This document shows positions 1 to 9,835 of a stretch of DNA of 64,000 bases, one piece after another. Under the pieces are notes generated by a model. It searched no databases. It had not been told where the DNA came from and was given only the letters and a program-made list of their open reading frames with translations. Position 1 is the stretch's first letter. Every line of letters begins with the position of its first letter. The DNA comes from Bdellovibrionales bacterium (GTDB lineage Bacteria; Bdellovibrionota; Bdellovibrionia; Bdellovibrionales; JAUICD01): positions 1,521,589-1,585,588 of the forward strand of contig OZ241914.1 in NCBI GenBank assembly GCA_965203875.1. Reading direction: 5' to 3'. The position numbers and the translations under genes were made by a program.

Positions 1-1459
1 TAGTTCCTGCTTTGTTAATTTTTCCACCATTGACCTGTTCAATTTTCTTTAAAATATCTTTTGTTCCTTTAGCAAAAGAAACATCATCCAGATCATCGTC
101 AGATCTTCCGCCAGCAGCATTGATAATTTCATACTGCGAGAAGATAGGATGCCTTTCCAGTTTTCTTATTAGTTGCTTAATTGACTCCACTCTATTGAGC
201 CACCAAACACTGTGTCTTTTTGTAGGCAGTCCAAGCTGGTCTCCTAACTTTCCATAAACACTAAGAGATGTAGCATCATGGTCTTGGCGAGAAAGATTAT
301 TTAGAAAATGATCAACAGCATCGTTGTGGGTAAAACCTGTACTTTTTGCTTTAAAAAGCTCATTAAGAGAAAAATCCATATCGTCTGTAAAAAATTGTTC
401 TCTTTGAGTTTTTATATCCTCATCTGTGATTTTAATTGTTGACAGATCAATATCTGGCATTTGCCTATAGACGAAGGGTTTTTCGTTATTAGGGTCATTT
501 TCTATTTCAGTTTTTTTATTTTCTTGCTCATCAAGGTAACTGTAGGTGAAAACTTGCTCAGGACAAAAATCAACAGCTCCTATTAACTTAAAAGGGGTAC
601 CTGATAGATCGAGCCTATACTGAGGTTTGAGATATTGTAAAATGTTTTTGACCCGTTCAGTTCTTCCACCAAAATGAACTTCGTCAAAAATTAACAAGTC
701 CCATTGTACATCTAAAATATCACTAAGCCTTTCTTTTATATCCCCATTGTCTGAAATATCTATATCTTGTAAAGAAACACACAGTACAAATGGAGTTTTG
801 AATTTTGTTAAATCTTCTGGATTCTTTAAAAATTTCTCATTTGGATCTGATCCAGCCTTACCACGAATTCCCATATAATCTGAAAAATCCACGTGGTTAT
901 TGACAGCATTCATCCACTCACCGATAACTCTTGGCTTATAGGTAACAACGATTGTTTTTTGAGCATCTAAGGCTTTAGCAATATGAATACTGGTAAAACA
1001 TTTCCCAAACCTCATCTTAGCGTTCAACAAAAACCTATTAGGATGTGAAGCTGAATCTATAGTCTTGTATTGATGATCCTTGTTAAACCATTTTACTGCT
1101 TGTTCTATGGCTTCTTTTTGCTCCTTTCTTAAACGAAAATTATCTGTTCTACTAACACCATGAACCACTTTATTATAAGCCTTCTTTACATCATCCACAG
1201 TTGCATAGAACCATTCTTTTCCAGCACCGTCTGTCTTTCTTTGAATACCATCTTTTTCTAATTGACTATGAATGTGCTTATCAGTTTTGCCTTCAGGTAA
1301 ATTCTCTACCAAAAGAGTTATAGGTCTTTCAGGATTTGAAGTCCCAAATTGCTCTTTAATTCTCTGTTTATGACGTCCACGCAAGCAACATCCAACCTTA
1401 AGTAACCTGTTTTCTTTCGCTGTTTTTGTTGTATAAACGTAAAGTTCTAGCTTATCCAT
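1..1459 (-). CDS. GIY-YIG/T5orf172-like domain fused to SF2 helicase (restriction-type subunit), runs off the left edge
   Basis: Not in the ORF track; translated by hand from ATG at 1459: MDKLELYVYTT...LKVG...RIKEQF...GKEWF, Walker A-like NAKMRFGKC, Walker B IFDEVH, motif III LSGTP. Confidence 0.85.
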   Translation of the reverse strand, partial: MDKLELYVYTTKTAKENRLLKVGCCLRGRHKQRIKEQFGTSNPERPITLLVENLPEGKTDKHIHSQLEKDGIQRKTDGAGKEWFYATVDDVKKAYNKVVHGVSRTDNFRLRKEQKEAIEQAVKWFNKDHQYKTIDSASHPNRFLLNAKMRFGKCFTSIHIAKALDAQKTIVVTYKPRVIGEWMNAVNNHVDFSDYMGIRGKAGSDPNEKFLKNPEDLTKFKTPFVLCVSLQDIDISDNGDIKERLSDILDVQWDLLIFDEVHFGGRTERVKNILQYLKPQYRLDLSGTPFKLIGAVDFCPEQVFTYSYLDEQENKKTEIENDPNNEKPFVYRQMPDIDLSTIKITDEDIKTQREQFFTDDMDFSLNELFKAKSTGFTHNDAVDHFLNNLSRQDHDATSLSVYGKLGDQLGLPTKRHSVWWLNRVESIKQLIRKLERHPIFSQYEIINAAGGRSDDDLDDVSFAKGTKDILKKIEQVNGGKINKAGT

Positions 1460-1475
1460 AATTTGTAATAACCTT

Positions 1476-2930
1476 TTATGCTGTCCAATAATCAACTTTT
1501 TTCTTAATATACCTTTGCTCTTCTTGTGTGATTCCAAAATGTTTAAAAAGCATTTCATCTGTCCATGCAACTTTCGTATCCATAAGAGGTATAAACTTGA
1601 ATGTTTTTTTACTGGTATCTGGAGTCGGCTTTCTTAAGCCTAACAAAAAGCGCGAAAAATATGTCTGTAAAAAACCCTGGAAATTGTTAGCCTCTTTCAA
1701 ACTGTCAAAGCTACCTGCGACGCTATAAGTTTCTGTTGAAATTTGACTTTTGTTTAAAATAAAGAAATGTTCTGGTTTTGATAAAACCTTATGTGGAGTG
1801 TCTCCTCCGCCACCCGATACTCTAGGAAAGGCAACCTGATATTTATCTACTTCTTGGATATTTCTTGATATCAAATTTTGCGATATTCTTTCAATTTTTT
1901 TACCCCTGTGAAAACATTCGATTTTACCTTCTTCATATTTATTATTACCTTTAAAAGAATTTGTACTTAATCCAAATGGCTTACGTGACCATACTATTTC
2001 TTCGACAAACTGCTTGCCTTTATGTTTTTTTATAACTTTGTTCAAAATAGGATGGGCTTCTGAATGAGGGACAATGATATCATAATTAGATAAGCTAAAC
2101 TCTGAAGTTTTAACACCATTATTAAGTTTCACCTTTCCTTTAAATTCTCTATCCCAATGAAAAAAGCAAACTCCACCTCTTATTTTAACTGTTGGGAATA
2201 CACTACGAGTGTCTTCAAAATATCTAATGTATCTTACTTTATTTTCTTTAATTATTTTTGATCTAAACTCGTCTAACCCCTTTCCTCCTGAAAACCATCT
2301 AGCTGGTATGACCACAAGCATCTGACTTATATCTTTAGAATTAATCAATGATTCAACCAATAGATTATATATTGGCACAGCACTTTTTCCATGCCCACCA
2401 TCTTCCTCCTGATATGGAGGGTTACCAATGGCTACAATTTTCTTTCCTACAGCTTTTTCTTTTATATAATCTACCATTTTATCTAACTCCTTTTGAAATT
2501 TCACTTTATCAAGTCGACCATCTATCTCCGAAAGATAGGCTCCATTTTTAATATTACAATTTTCTTTTATTTGATGAGATTTTTCATTTCCATAAAAAGT
2601 TCTTCTGCTTAAATAATAATGTCTTTCGTCAGGAGCAAGAGCAAAATATCGATTACTTTCGTACAACTCTTTTGCAACGTCCTGCTTTGATACCGTACCT
2701 TTTCGATGTAGTGTGGACATTAAAGCTGTAGCTAATAATATTTCTCCAGCCTTGCAAAATGGATTAAAAAATACGTAGTCATTACTAGATAAAACATCAC
2801 TTTCTTCTAGACATTTAACCAATTCGACAGCCTTATCCATTTTCATTATAGGCTGATCTCTACCCTTTGTTTCGCCAAGAATATCGACCACATGAGTATT
2901 AATATAATTTATCTTCCTTCTAGCAGACAT
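1476..2930 (-). CDS. Eco57I-like amino DNA methyltransferase with C-terminal specificity region
   Basis: Motif IV GNPPYQ, PARWFSGGKGL, motif-I-like NPFCKAGEIL; in operon with the helicase. Confidence 0.85.
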   Translation of the reverse strand: MSARRKINYINTHVVDILGETKGRDQPIMKMDKAVELVKCLEESDVLSSNDYVFFNPFCKAGEILLATALMSTLHRKGTVSKQDVAKELYESNRYFALAPDERHYYLSRRTFYGNEKSHQIKENCNIKNGAYLSEIDGRLDKVKFQKELDKMVDYIKEKAVGKKIVAIGNPPYQEEDGGHGKSAVPIYNLLVESLINSKDISQMLVVIPARWFSGGKGLDEFRSKIIKENKVRYIRYFEDTRSVFPTVKIRGGVCFFHWDREFKGKVKLNNGVKTSEFSLSNYDIIVPHSEAHPILNKVIKKHKGKQFVEEIVWSRKPFGLSTNSFKGNNKYEEGKIECFHRGKKIERISQNLISRNIQEVDKYQVAFPRVSGGGGDTPHKVLSKPEHFFILNKSQISTETYSVAGSFDSLKEANNFQGFLQTYFSRFLLGLRKPTPDTSKKTFKFIPLMDTKVAWTDEMLFKHFGITQEEQRYIKKKVDYWTA

Positions 2931-3689
2931 TTAAGCTGCCCTTTTGTCGCAAGGTATTTCTTTAGGGTGGGCAAAAATAAAATCTTTAAATGAGCCTTTT
3001 CTGGTTCCATATTTAAGAGAATCAACAAATTTTAAACTTCTTGAAAATTCTACTGGTGTTGTTCCATTTCTTCTTAGCGTTGTGAAGTATTCAGTCCATG
3101 GCATTTCAAAGTCGATAGGGTTATGATCATTTTTACGAAGCCATTTTTTACTAATGACGGTTTGTTCAGCCTTTATTTTTGCTACCTTTGGATCGTGCTC
3201 AAGAGACGAAAGCATTTCATTTTCATGTATTTGCCATTTGATACAACATAGGATATGTGCCCAAAAATTTTTATTTTTATTTAAATCTAATAAGGATGTT
3301 TTTACTTTTTCATGCTCTATAAAAAAACTTAATATTTTATTCCAAACTCTTTTCCTGCAATAATCTATATTTTGAGAATCAATATCTGTAGCCCAAAGAT
3401 TGTTAAGAGTATTTGCTATAGCATAAAGATGGGGATTGTCTTGCCCTTGCCTATTTGCCTTTTTTAAAAAAGCATCTAATCTTTTTGTTACCACTGCAAT
3501 AACAAAATTTCCGTGGCCACAGGTAGGTTCAAAAAAAACAATATTTTCGTCTGACCAGATCGACTGATCTAAAAGGTCGAGCATCTTGTAAACATATTCT
3601 TCAGGAGTGAAAACTTCCCCTAGGTCTTTTATTCTCTTTTTACTCCTATGATGAACTAAATCAAAAACTTGCCTTCGACCTACGTCCAT
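2931..3689 (-). CDS. SAM-binding methyltransferase-like subunit lacking a catalytic NPPY/DPPY motif
   Basis: GEVFTP and FFEPTCGHGNF (motif I); no motif IV seen; abuts the next gene. Confidence 0.75.
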   Translation of the reverse strand: MDVGRRQVFDLVHHRSKKRIKDLGEVFTPEEYVYKMLDLLDQSIWSDENIVFFEPTCGHGNFVIAVVTKRLDAFLKKANRQGQDNPHLYAIANTLNNLWATDIDSQNIDYCRKRVWNKILSFFIEHEKVKTSLLDLNKNKNFWAHILCCIKWQIHENEMLSSLEHDPKVAKIKAEQTVISKKWLRKNDHNPIDFEMPWTEYFTTLRRNGTTPVEFSRSLKFVDSLKYGTRKGSFKDFIFAHPKEIPCDKRAA

Positions 3690-3771
3690 AATTCAACGAC
3701 CCCCTGGAAAGAAATGCCCTCACAGCAAGTCGGTTGGAATGAATAAAAGCTAAAATTTTATAGAGTAAAAA

Positions 3772-4857
3772 TTAAGTGAGTTTGCCTAGCAATACCTTTA
3801 CATCATGACCCTTACCACTAACCTTCACCGCTATTTCATAATACCTACATGCCGCAAGCATAGCTATAGCAGCAGGCTCCACCATCTCAACAGGCCAACC
3901 TATAGATTCACTAGTCACAACATTTGAATCTTTTAAATAAAACTTAAGCCTATCCACCATATACACATTCCTAGCACCACCACCACACAACACCACAGTC
4001 TCTGGACACTTAGAAAACTTTTTATACGAACGAACAATAGACTTAACAGTAAGCTCAGAAATCGTAGCAGCCTTATCACAATCAGAATAACGCTCCAGTT
4101 TACTAAGCAATTTTCTTAAAAAATCTTCTCCAAACTGCTCCCTTCCAAAATTTTCTCTATCAAAAATTTTTGATCTTAACACCGCATTCACAACATCAAG
4201 TTGAGGCATCCCCTTTAAAGCTAACCTGCCACCTTTATCAAAACTTTTCCCCAAAGTTTTCATAAACCCATCAATCAACATATTCCCAGGGCCAGTATCA
4301 AAAGCTACCATTTTGTTTTTCTCTAAATAAGTAACATTCGCTATGCCGCCAATATTTTGAAAAGTAGCAGCCTTAACACCCAACTTACTAAATAAAAACT
4401 TATGCAGAAAATTAGCAATAGGTGCACCTAAACCACCAGCGGCTATATGCATCGCCCTAAAGTCAGACACCACAGGTTTTTTTAACCTGTGAGCTATAAA
4501 ACTCGATTCACATATCTGCAAACTAGATACACCCTGATTGTGATACACAGTCTGACCGTGCAAACCTATCAGATCAATTTTCGTTTTACGCTTACTTAGC
4601 AGCTTAGCTAAAGTGTCAGCATAAAACTTGCCCAATTCAAAATGTAAATCGGTTACACTAGATACATCTAATTTTCCAGATGCAGCCAGCATAAGTTTTT
4701 GATCAATACGACTAGGCACCTTTGCACTAAACCCATCAATCAACTTAATATCAGATATACTTTTTGACGATTGATTCACACTAACCTGACAAATGGCAAA
4801 GTCTATCCCATCCATGCTAGTACCACTCATACAACCCAAAACATTGATTTTTTTCAT
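3772..4857 (-). CDS. anmK: anhydro-N-acetylmuramic acid kinase
   Basis: MSGTSMDGID, HGQT, DTGPGN, CGGGARN motifs. Confidence 0.95.
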   Translation of the reverse strand: MKKINVLGCMSGTSMDGIDFAICQVSVNQSSKSISDIKLIDGFSAKVPSRIDQKLMLAASGKLDVSSVTDLHFELGKFYADTLAKLLSKRKTKIDLIGLHGQTVYHNQGVSSLQICESSFIAHRLKKPVVSDFRAMHIAAGGLGAPIANFLHKFLFSKLGVKAATFQNIGGIANVTYLEKNKMVAFDTGPGNMLIDGFMKTLGKSFDKGGRLALKGMPQLDVVNAVLRSKIFDRENFGREQFGEDFLRKLLSKLERYSDCDKAATISELTVKSIVRSYKKFSKCPETVVLCGGGARNVYMVDRLKFYLKDSNVVTSESIGWPVEMVEPAAIAMLAACRYYEIAVKVSGKGHDVKVLLGKLT

Positions 4858-4974
4858 ACCATTAAACCTTTGAGAACAATTCTACCTTAATGAACTACCA
4901 CAAACTGTAAAAAACATACCTTAATTTTGGCAAATTATTTGATTAAGTACAAGATTTGGTAATATACATGCACT

Positions 4975-5757
4975 ATGTCTTCTGAACTTAACATAATATC
5001 TTGGAATGTAAATGGTGTTAGAGCTTGCTACAAAAAAGGCCTGCTTAACTTTATCGAAAATAAAGACCCAGACATCATTTGCCTGCAAGAAACAAAAGCC
5101 CAAGTAGAACAAGTGCCACAAGATATGGCTAAGCCTTTTGGAATGCACTCGTACTGGTCTAGTGCTGTTAGAAAAGGATACTCCGGTACGGCTACATTTT
5201 CTAAAACAAAAGCAACTGATTTTTCAAAAGGCATAGGAATAGAAGAATTTGACTCTGAAGGAAGATTCACCATAACAACTCATCCAGATTTTAAATTATA
5301 TAACATATACTTTCCCAACGGCTCTCATAAACCAGAAAGACAAATATACAAAATGAATTTTAACAAAGCCATTTTGTCCAAACTCAAACAAGAAATAAAA
5401 AACGGCCAAGAATTAATAGTCGTGGGCGACTATAACATTGCTCCTGAAGAAATCGATATATATGACCCTGAGAGATTTTCTAATGTCAGTGGCTTTCTAC
5501 CAGAAGAACGCCAATGGTTTAGAGATTTCAAAGCACTTGGATTTGTGGATACTTTTAGACAGCTACACCCAGAAGCAAAGGACATATACTCTTGGTGGAA
5601 CATGATAAGACGTGATCGCCTATCAAATAGAGGATGGAGAATTGATCTCATATGTGTTACAAAAAACCTGGCCAGTAGATTAACACATGCTAGTATAATG
5701 GATACACAAGAAGGTTCAGATCACTGTCCAGTAGCAATAGGCTTAGAATGTTTTTAA
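4975..5757 (+). CDS. xth: exodeoxyribonuclease III
   Basis: SWNVNG, CLQETK, GDYN, GWRID, GSDHCP. Confidence 0.95.
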   Translation: MSSELNIISWNVNGVRACYKKGLLNFIENKDPDIICLQETKAQVEQVPQDMAKPFGMHSYWSSAVRKGYSGTATFSKTKATDFSKGIGIEEFDSEGRFTITTHPDFKLYNIYFPNGSHKPERQIYKMNFNKAILSKLKQEIKNGQELIVVGDYNIAPEEIDIYDPERFSNVSGFLPEERQWFRDFKALGFVDTFRQLHPEAKDIYSWWNMIRRDRLSNRGWRIDLICVTKNLASRLTHASIMDTQEGSDHCPVAIGLECF

Positions 5758-6212
5758 TTTTATTTATAGTAGTACCTATATTAGAAATTTACTTTCTACT
5801 AAAAATAGGCAGCATAATTGGTGGTGCTAACACAATCTTTGTGATTTTATTAACCGCAATTCTAGGAGCCTACCTTGTAAAACAAGAAGGCAGAGGAATT
5901 TTAAAAAAATTATCTTTTGGCCTAACACAAGGCAAAGAACCTTCTGATATAATACTCCAAGGCTTATGCGTTTTTATCGGAGGCGTTCTATTACTAACCC
6001 CAGGTTTTTTAACAGACATTTTAGGGTTTAGCTTTGTAATTCCATTTACCAGAAAATTCTGTGCCAAAACATTAAAGGATTATTTTTTAAAAAAGGGACT
6101 AAAAAAAGGCGTTGTATATTCAAAATTTTATAGCACCAAAAACAAAAATGTTTCTACAGGGCAAGACTCCAAAGTAGTGGATACAACAGGCGTCAGGATT
6201 AAAACAAAGTAA
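5748..6212 (+). CDS. fxsA: FxsA family membrane protein
   Basis: PILEI, LLLTPGFLTD motifs. Confidence 0.85.
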   Translation: MFLILFIVVPILEIYFLLKIGSIIGGANTIFVILLTAILGAYLVKQEGRGILKKLSFGLTQGKEPSDIILQGLCVFIGGVLLLTPGFLTDILGFSFVIPFTRKFCAKTLKDYFLKKGLKKGVVYSKFYSTKNKNVSTGQDSKVVDTTGVRIKTK

Positions 6213-7209
6213 ACATATAGACCAAATAAAGAATCAAAGAGACAACACCAACAGGTCTAGATATTATTTTTTTCTTAGAAAGAAGAGTGACTAGAGTGGC
6301 CAATAGTGTGATGGCTACAACCCAATTAAGGTCATATAAAAAACTGCCTCCCATTTTTAAAGGAGCAGCCACTAGAGCAGTAAACCCTACTATCCCTACG
6401 GTATTCATTATATTTGAGCCTACAACGTTAGCTAGAGCAATGTTGTTGTATCCATGTCTAAGAGCCACAATTGATACAACCAGTTCCGGAACACTTGTAC
6501 CTACAGAAATTATAGTCAGACCTATTACACGATCACTTATACCTATTGCACTTGCTAACTCTACAGCTCCATCTATGGTAAACTTAGCCCCTAATGTTAC
6601 ACCTAGTATTCCGCATATAGCCAACGTAAATAAATACCGTTTTGATTTGTCATCTAGCCCAAATATAGAAAAGATATTTCCAAACACAAATTGTTCCAGG
6701 TCATCACTTATGTTTAATGTTTTATCTGGATTTATACTTTCTGGATCATGTTTTTTATCTTTATTAATCAGTACTATCCAAATCACAACAAAAACAATCA
6801 TACTAAGTGCATCCAAGGTGGAAAACTCTGTATCTAAACCAAGTAAACAAAATAAAGCCGTACTAAGTAATAGTGCACACCAAGATCTCTCTAAGCTATG
6901 ACGTTCAATCTTCAAAGGATTTATTGCAGCAGACAAACCAGCAACAACCAATAAGTTGAATAAGTTGGAGCCCATAACATTGCCTACAGAAATATCTGGG
7001 TGCTCCTGAACGACAGATACAATACAAGCAGCCAACTCAGGAACAGACGTACCAAACGCAACAACTGTCAAAGTTAAAAAGGTAGTACTAATTTTTAACT
7101 TTCTAGATAAACCTAAGATCGCCTTTATCAAAAACTCAGCAGAAAGAAACAATACCGCACACGAAAGGATAATCTTAATGGAAGAAACAAATATTTCGAA
7201 CCCAGACAC
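6199..7209 (-). CDS. Ca2+/Na+ antiporter (YrbG/CaCA family)
   Basis: Duplicated alpha repeats GTSVPE...GSN. Confidence 0.9.
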   Translation of the reverse strand: MSGFEIFVSSIKIILSCAVLFLSAEFLIKAILGLSRKLKISTTFLTLTVVAFGTSVPELAACIVSVVQEHPDISVGNVMGSNLFNLLVVAGLSAAINPLKIERHSLERSWCALLLSTALFCLLGLDTEFSTLDALSMIVFVVIWIVLINKDKKHDPESINPDKTLNISDDLEQFVFGNIFSIFGLDDKSKRYLFTLAICGILGVTLGAKFTIDGAVELASAIGISDRVIGLTIISVGTSVPELVVSIVALRHGYNNIALANVVGSNIMNTVGIVGFTALVAAPLKMGGSFLYDLNWVVAITLLATLVTLLSKKKIISRPVGVVSLILYLVYMFTLF

Positions 7210-7595
7210 TGTTAAACCTTAGACCTTGGAAAAGCTTAAAAGAGCTAATTTGTATCAAATAAAGACACTTTCTTATAGTATATTATGCAGTGCATAAGAA
7301 CATGGTTCAGAATTTTTATGACTCCGTCAGATCGGGCCTCTAAGGGCAGAATTTGGGAATTTCACACACATTAAAATATAAATAAATTTGCATAGTTATA
7401 AAATTATTATAAGAAATTCTAATACAAGCTTAATGTAAAATTTTCTATGCTTCATGATAAGATATTCTTATATAAAACCCGTTTTATAGAGCTATTTTAA
7501 TGAGTTAGCATTTAAAAAGTATTGCTTTTGGGTTTTTAATTGTTATAAATTTTTCCAATATTGTGATTATAAATTGGGTCTGATCCTTACTGGGG

Positions 7596-7970
7596 GTGGC
7601 TATGATAAAAGAAAATCTAATACGTCAATGTAAAGAAAAATTGCTTCAAACAAAGATGGATTTGTTAAACAGGGTGTCTGACTGTAAAAATGAGCTGGTT
7701 TCATCCGGAGGTCGTGGCGGGGATGAGGCCGACCAAACCGTGGTTATTTTACAGGAAAACGGAGCACTACTTTCTTATGAAAGATTCAAGTCGCAGTTAC
7801 TTGAAATCGAAAGTGCCCTATCTAGAATAGAAAATGGAAGTTATGGAGTTTGCGAAGAAACCGAAGAATTGATAGAGCCAGACAGACTTTTGGCAATACC
7901 TTGGACAAGACTCAGTATAGAGGGTGCGGAACTAAGAGAAGAAATGGAAAAAAGATACGCCACCAGATAA
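7596..7970 (+). CDS. dksA: DksA/TraR family protein
   Basis: GDEAD coiled-coil tip, ALSRIENGSYGVCEET...RLLAIPW. Confidence 0.8.
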   Translation: MAMIKENLIRQCKEKLLQTKMDLLNRVSDCKNELVSSGGRGGDEADQTVVILQENGALLSYERFKSQLLEIESALSRIENGSYGVCEETEELIEPDRLLAIPWTRLSIEGAELREEMEKRYATR

Positions 7971-8148
7971 AAAATTCTCTAGATTTTAATAGAAATAAGT
8001 TTTAGGATTGTTGACCTTGGGGATATAAGCTGTGTTTGTGCGTTGCTAGCGTTACTGACATCTGTTTTCGATATTCAAAATAAATATAGATACTAAGACG
8101 GTGAAAGCCTCACCCTCTTGTATCATAGTGCAAAAGGAGCAAGGAACT

Positions 8149-8517
8149 ATGAAATTTGTTTTAGCCATGTCGATATTTCTATCTGTACAGGTTGCTAAAG
8201 CGGTCTGTGAAAAACCAGATATTAGAGATTTTGAGTATATATGTCCGGAGTTTACAAGGCTATACAGCAGAACAACAGATACAGAACATGCCAGATTAAC
8301 AACATTAAACGAAGAAGATAGGATACAGGAAACTAACAACATGTGGACTGTGGAAGGTAAAAAAGTAGGATTCAGAACAAGCCTAGTACGACCTAGATTC
8401 ACCGGTGCCACGAATTACAGGTTTACCTCCTGTGCTGAAATGTACAAAATAAAACTAGAAGAATATAAGATATGTCTGGAGAGTATAACAACATGCCAAC
8501 CAGAAGGCTCAGACTAA
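8149..8517 (+). CDS. small secreted Cys-containing hypothetical protein
   Basis: AGGAG SD before ATG 8149; signal peptide MKFVLAMSIFLSVQVAKA; ORF track start 8101 is probably too long. Confidence 0.65.
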   Translation: MKFVLAMSIFLSVQVAKAVCEKPDIRDFEYICPEFTRLYSRTTDTEHARLTTLNEEDRIQETNNMWTVEGKKVGFRTSLVRPRFTGATNYRFTSCAEMYKIKLEEYKICLESITTCQPEGSD

Positions 8518-8617
8518 GCACTCAAGTTCTAAAATTAAAGAATCTTAAACAAGTCTGTTTGTAGTACATCTCGAATTTTGCTTTGGTTTTTTTGATATGA
8601 ATTTTATATTTCATCCA

Positions 8618-8734
8618 AGTCTCAAATTTGGGACTGGAGTGAACTTTTGTATTGGTAATTATTAAAAGTTAATAAACATTATAGTAGTTTAGCTGATTAT
8701 AGACTTAAATCACTAAAGTCTCATTTTTGAGACT
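8618..8734. promoter_or_regulatory. two 18-bp palindromes AGTCTCA-N4-TG(A/G)GACT
   Basis: agtctcaaatttgggact at 8618-8635 and agtctcatttttgagact at 8717-8734. Confidence 0.45.
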
Positions 8735-8831
8735 AATTTGATATAACTTTAAGAGTAAAGTTTTCATTTGACTTACAGTATCCCAGGTAGTTTGGTTGCA
8801 GGTTAAAGATTGATAATTTTTAGGGGATAGA

Positions 8832-9788
8832 ATGAGAACACCTGGTAACAAAGGTAATACAAATAATCAAAGAGACAATAAATCAAGGCACCCTATTCAT
8901 GATGCTGCTTTTAAGTTATTAGTAGAGCATGTTGATGTAATAGTTTCCTTAATAAAAGCTGCTGGTGAACAAAGCTGTAATAAGAAGGCTCTGCCATTAT
9001 TAAACATGCTAGATTTAAATACTGTAAAAATAATTAAGAGCAATTTTATCTCTAAGTCCATGAAAGAATTTAAGTGTGATGTTGTAATATCGGTTAAGTT
9101 ATTTGGCTTTGACGAATGGTTTAAAATAGTGCTTATATTTGAACATAAGTCATATAAGGATTCTAAGGTATATATTCAGAGTTTAGGTTATTTATATGGA
9201 TTTATTTCATCATCAGAGCACGATGGAAAATCTGTTCCTATTCCTTTTATAGTTACTAATGCTCGTTCTAAGAGTAAATTTCCAAACAGCTTTAGAGAAG
9301 CAGAGTTTGCTATGTTGGCCAAATATTTTATCAAGCATACACCCAACAAAATAAAATGATCTTACTAAATTCTTTTATAGTCTACCTTGAGAGCTGCACA
9401 ACTTTTTTAATAAATGCACCCTAGCTTCGCTAAGACCTTCGGTCTAACCGCTTCGCTAATTAAATATTAGATAACAGAAGAGACTTGTTATAATTGCAAA
9501 TATGCTGATGAAGAGTTATTATTGAAGTTGGAGGCTGAGGTGCTTAAGGAAGAGGACAGATTTATGAAATATGGATTTACGGCTCTTAACAAAAAAGGCA
9601 TACAGCAAGGGCTGAAGCAAGGTTTAGAGCAAGGTAAGCAGGAAGGTTTAGAGCAGGGTAAGTATGAAATAGTCGTAAAAATGTTAGCTAACGGCTTAAA
9701 CACCAAAACCATCTCTAGCTACACCGGTCTTTCAGAAAAAGATATTAAGAACATCAAATATAAGCCAAAGAATGGCTCATCTTCTTAA
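8832..9788 (+). pseudogene. Rpn/YhgA-like PD-(D/E)XK nuclease gene, split, with the middle replaced by repeat DNA
   Basis: N-terminal piece 8832-9359 (HDAAFK, CDVV...FEHKSY); C-terminal piece 9522-9788 (QGLEQG repeats, helix-turn-helix-like tail YTGLS); repeat DNA about 9312-9476 between them. Confidence 0.8.
9351..9476 (+). repeat. structured intergenic repeat, copy A
   Basis: tagtctaccttga...tttttaataaatgcaccctagcttc...agacc-ttc-ggtct...gcta. Confidence 0.8.
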
Positions 9789-9835
9789 AAGAAGATAACT
9801 GCATTCCATTACTTCTCGAGCTACTCTACACCGAC

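Noticed and set aside
6287-6901. 204-aa antisense ORF, and similar ones at 12777-13334, 42496-42933 and 43466-43996
   Set aside because: Shadows of well-supported genes on the other strand, with no motifs or ribosome-binding sites.
7268-7300. dif site (gtatattatg core)
   Set aside because: The XerD arm TTATGTTAAAT is not matched (ttatgcagtgc).
8832-9359. Active transposase or IS element
   Set aside because: Rpn/YhgA proteins are not demonstrated transposases, the gene is broken, and no terminal inverted repeats or target duplication were seen.
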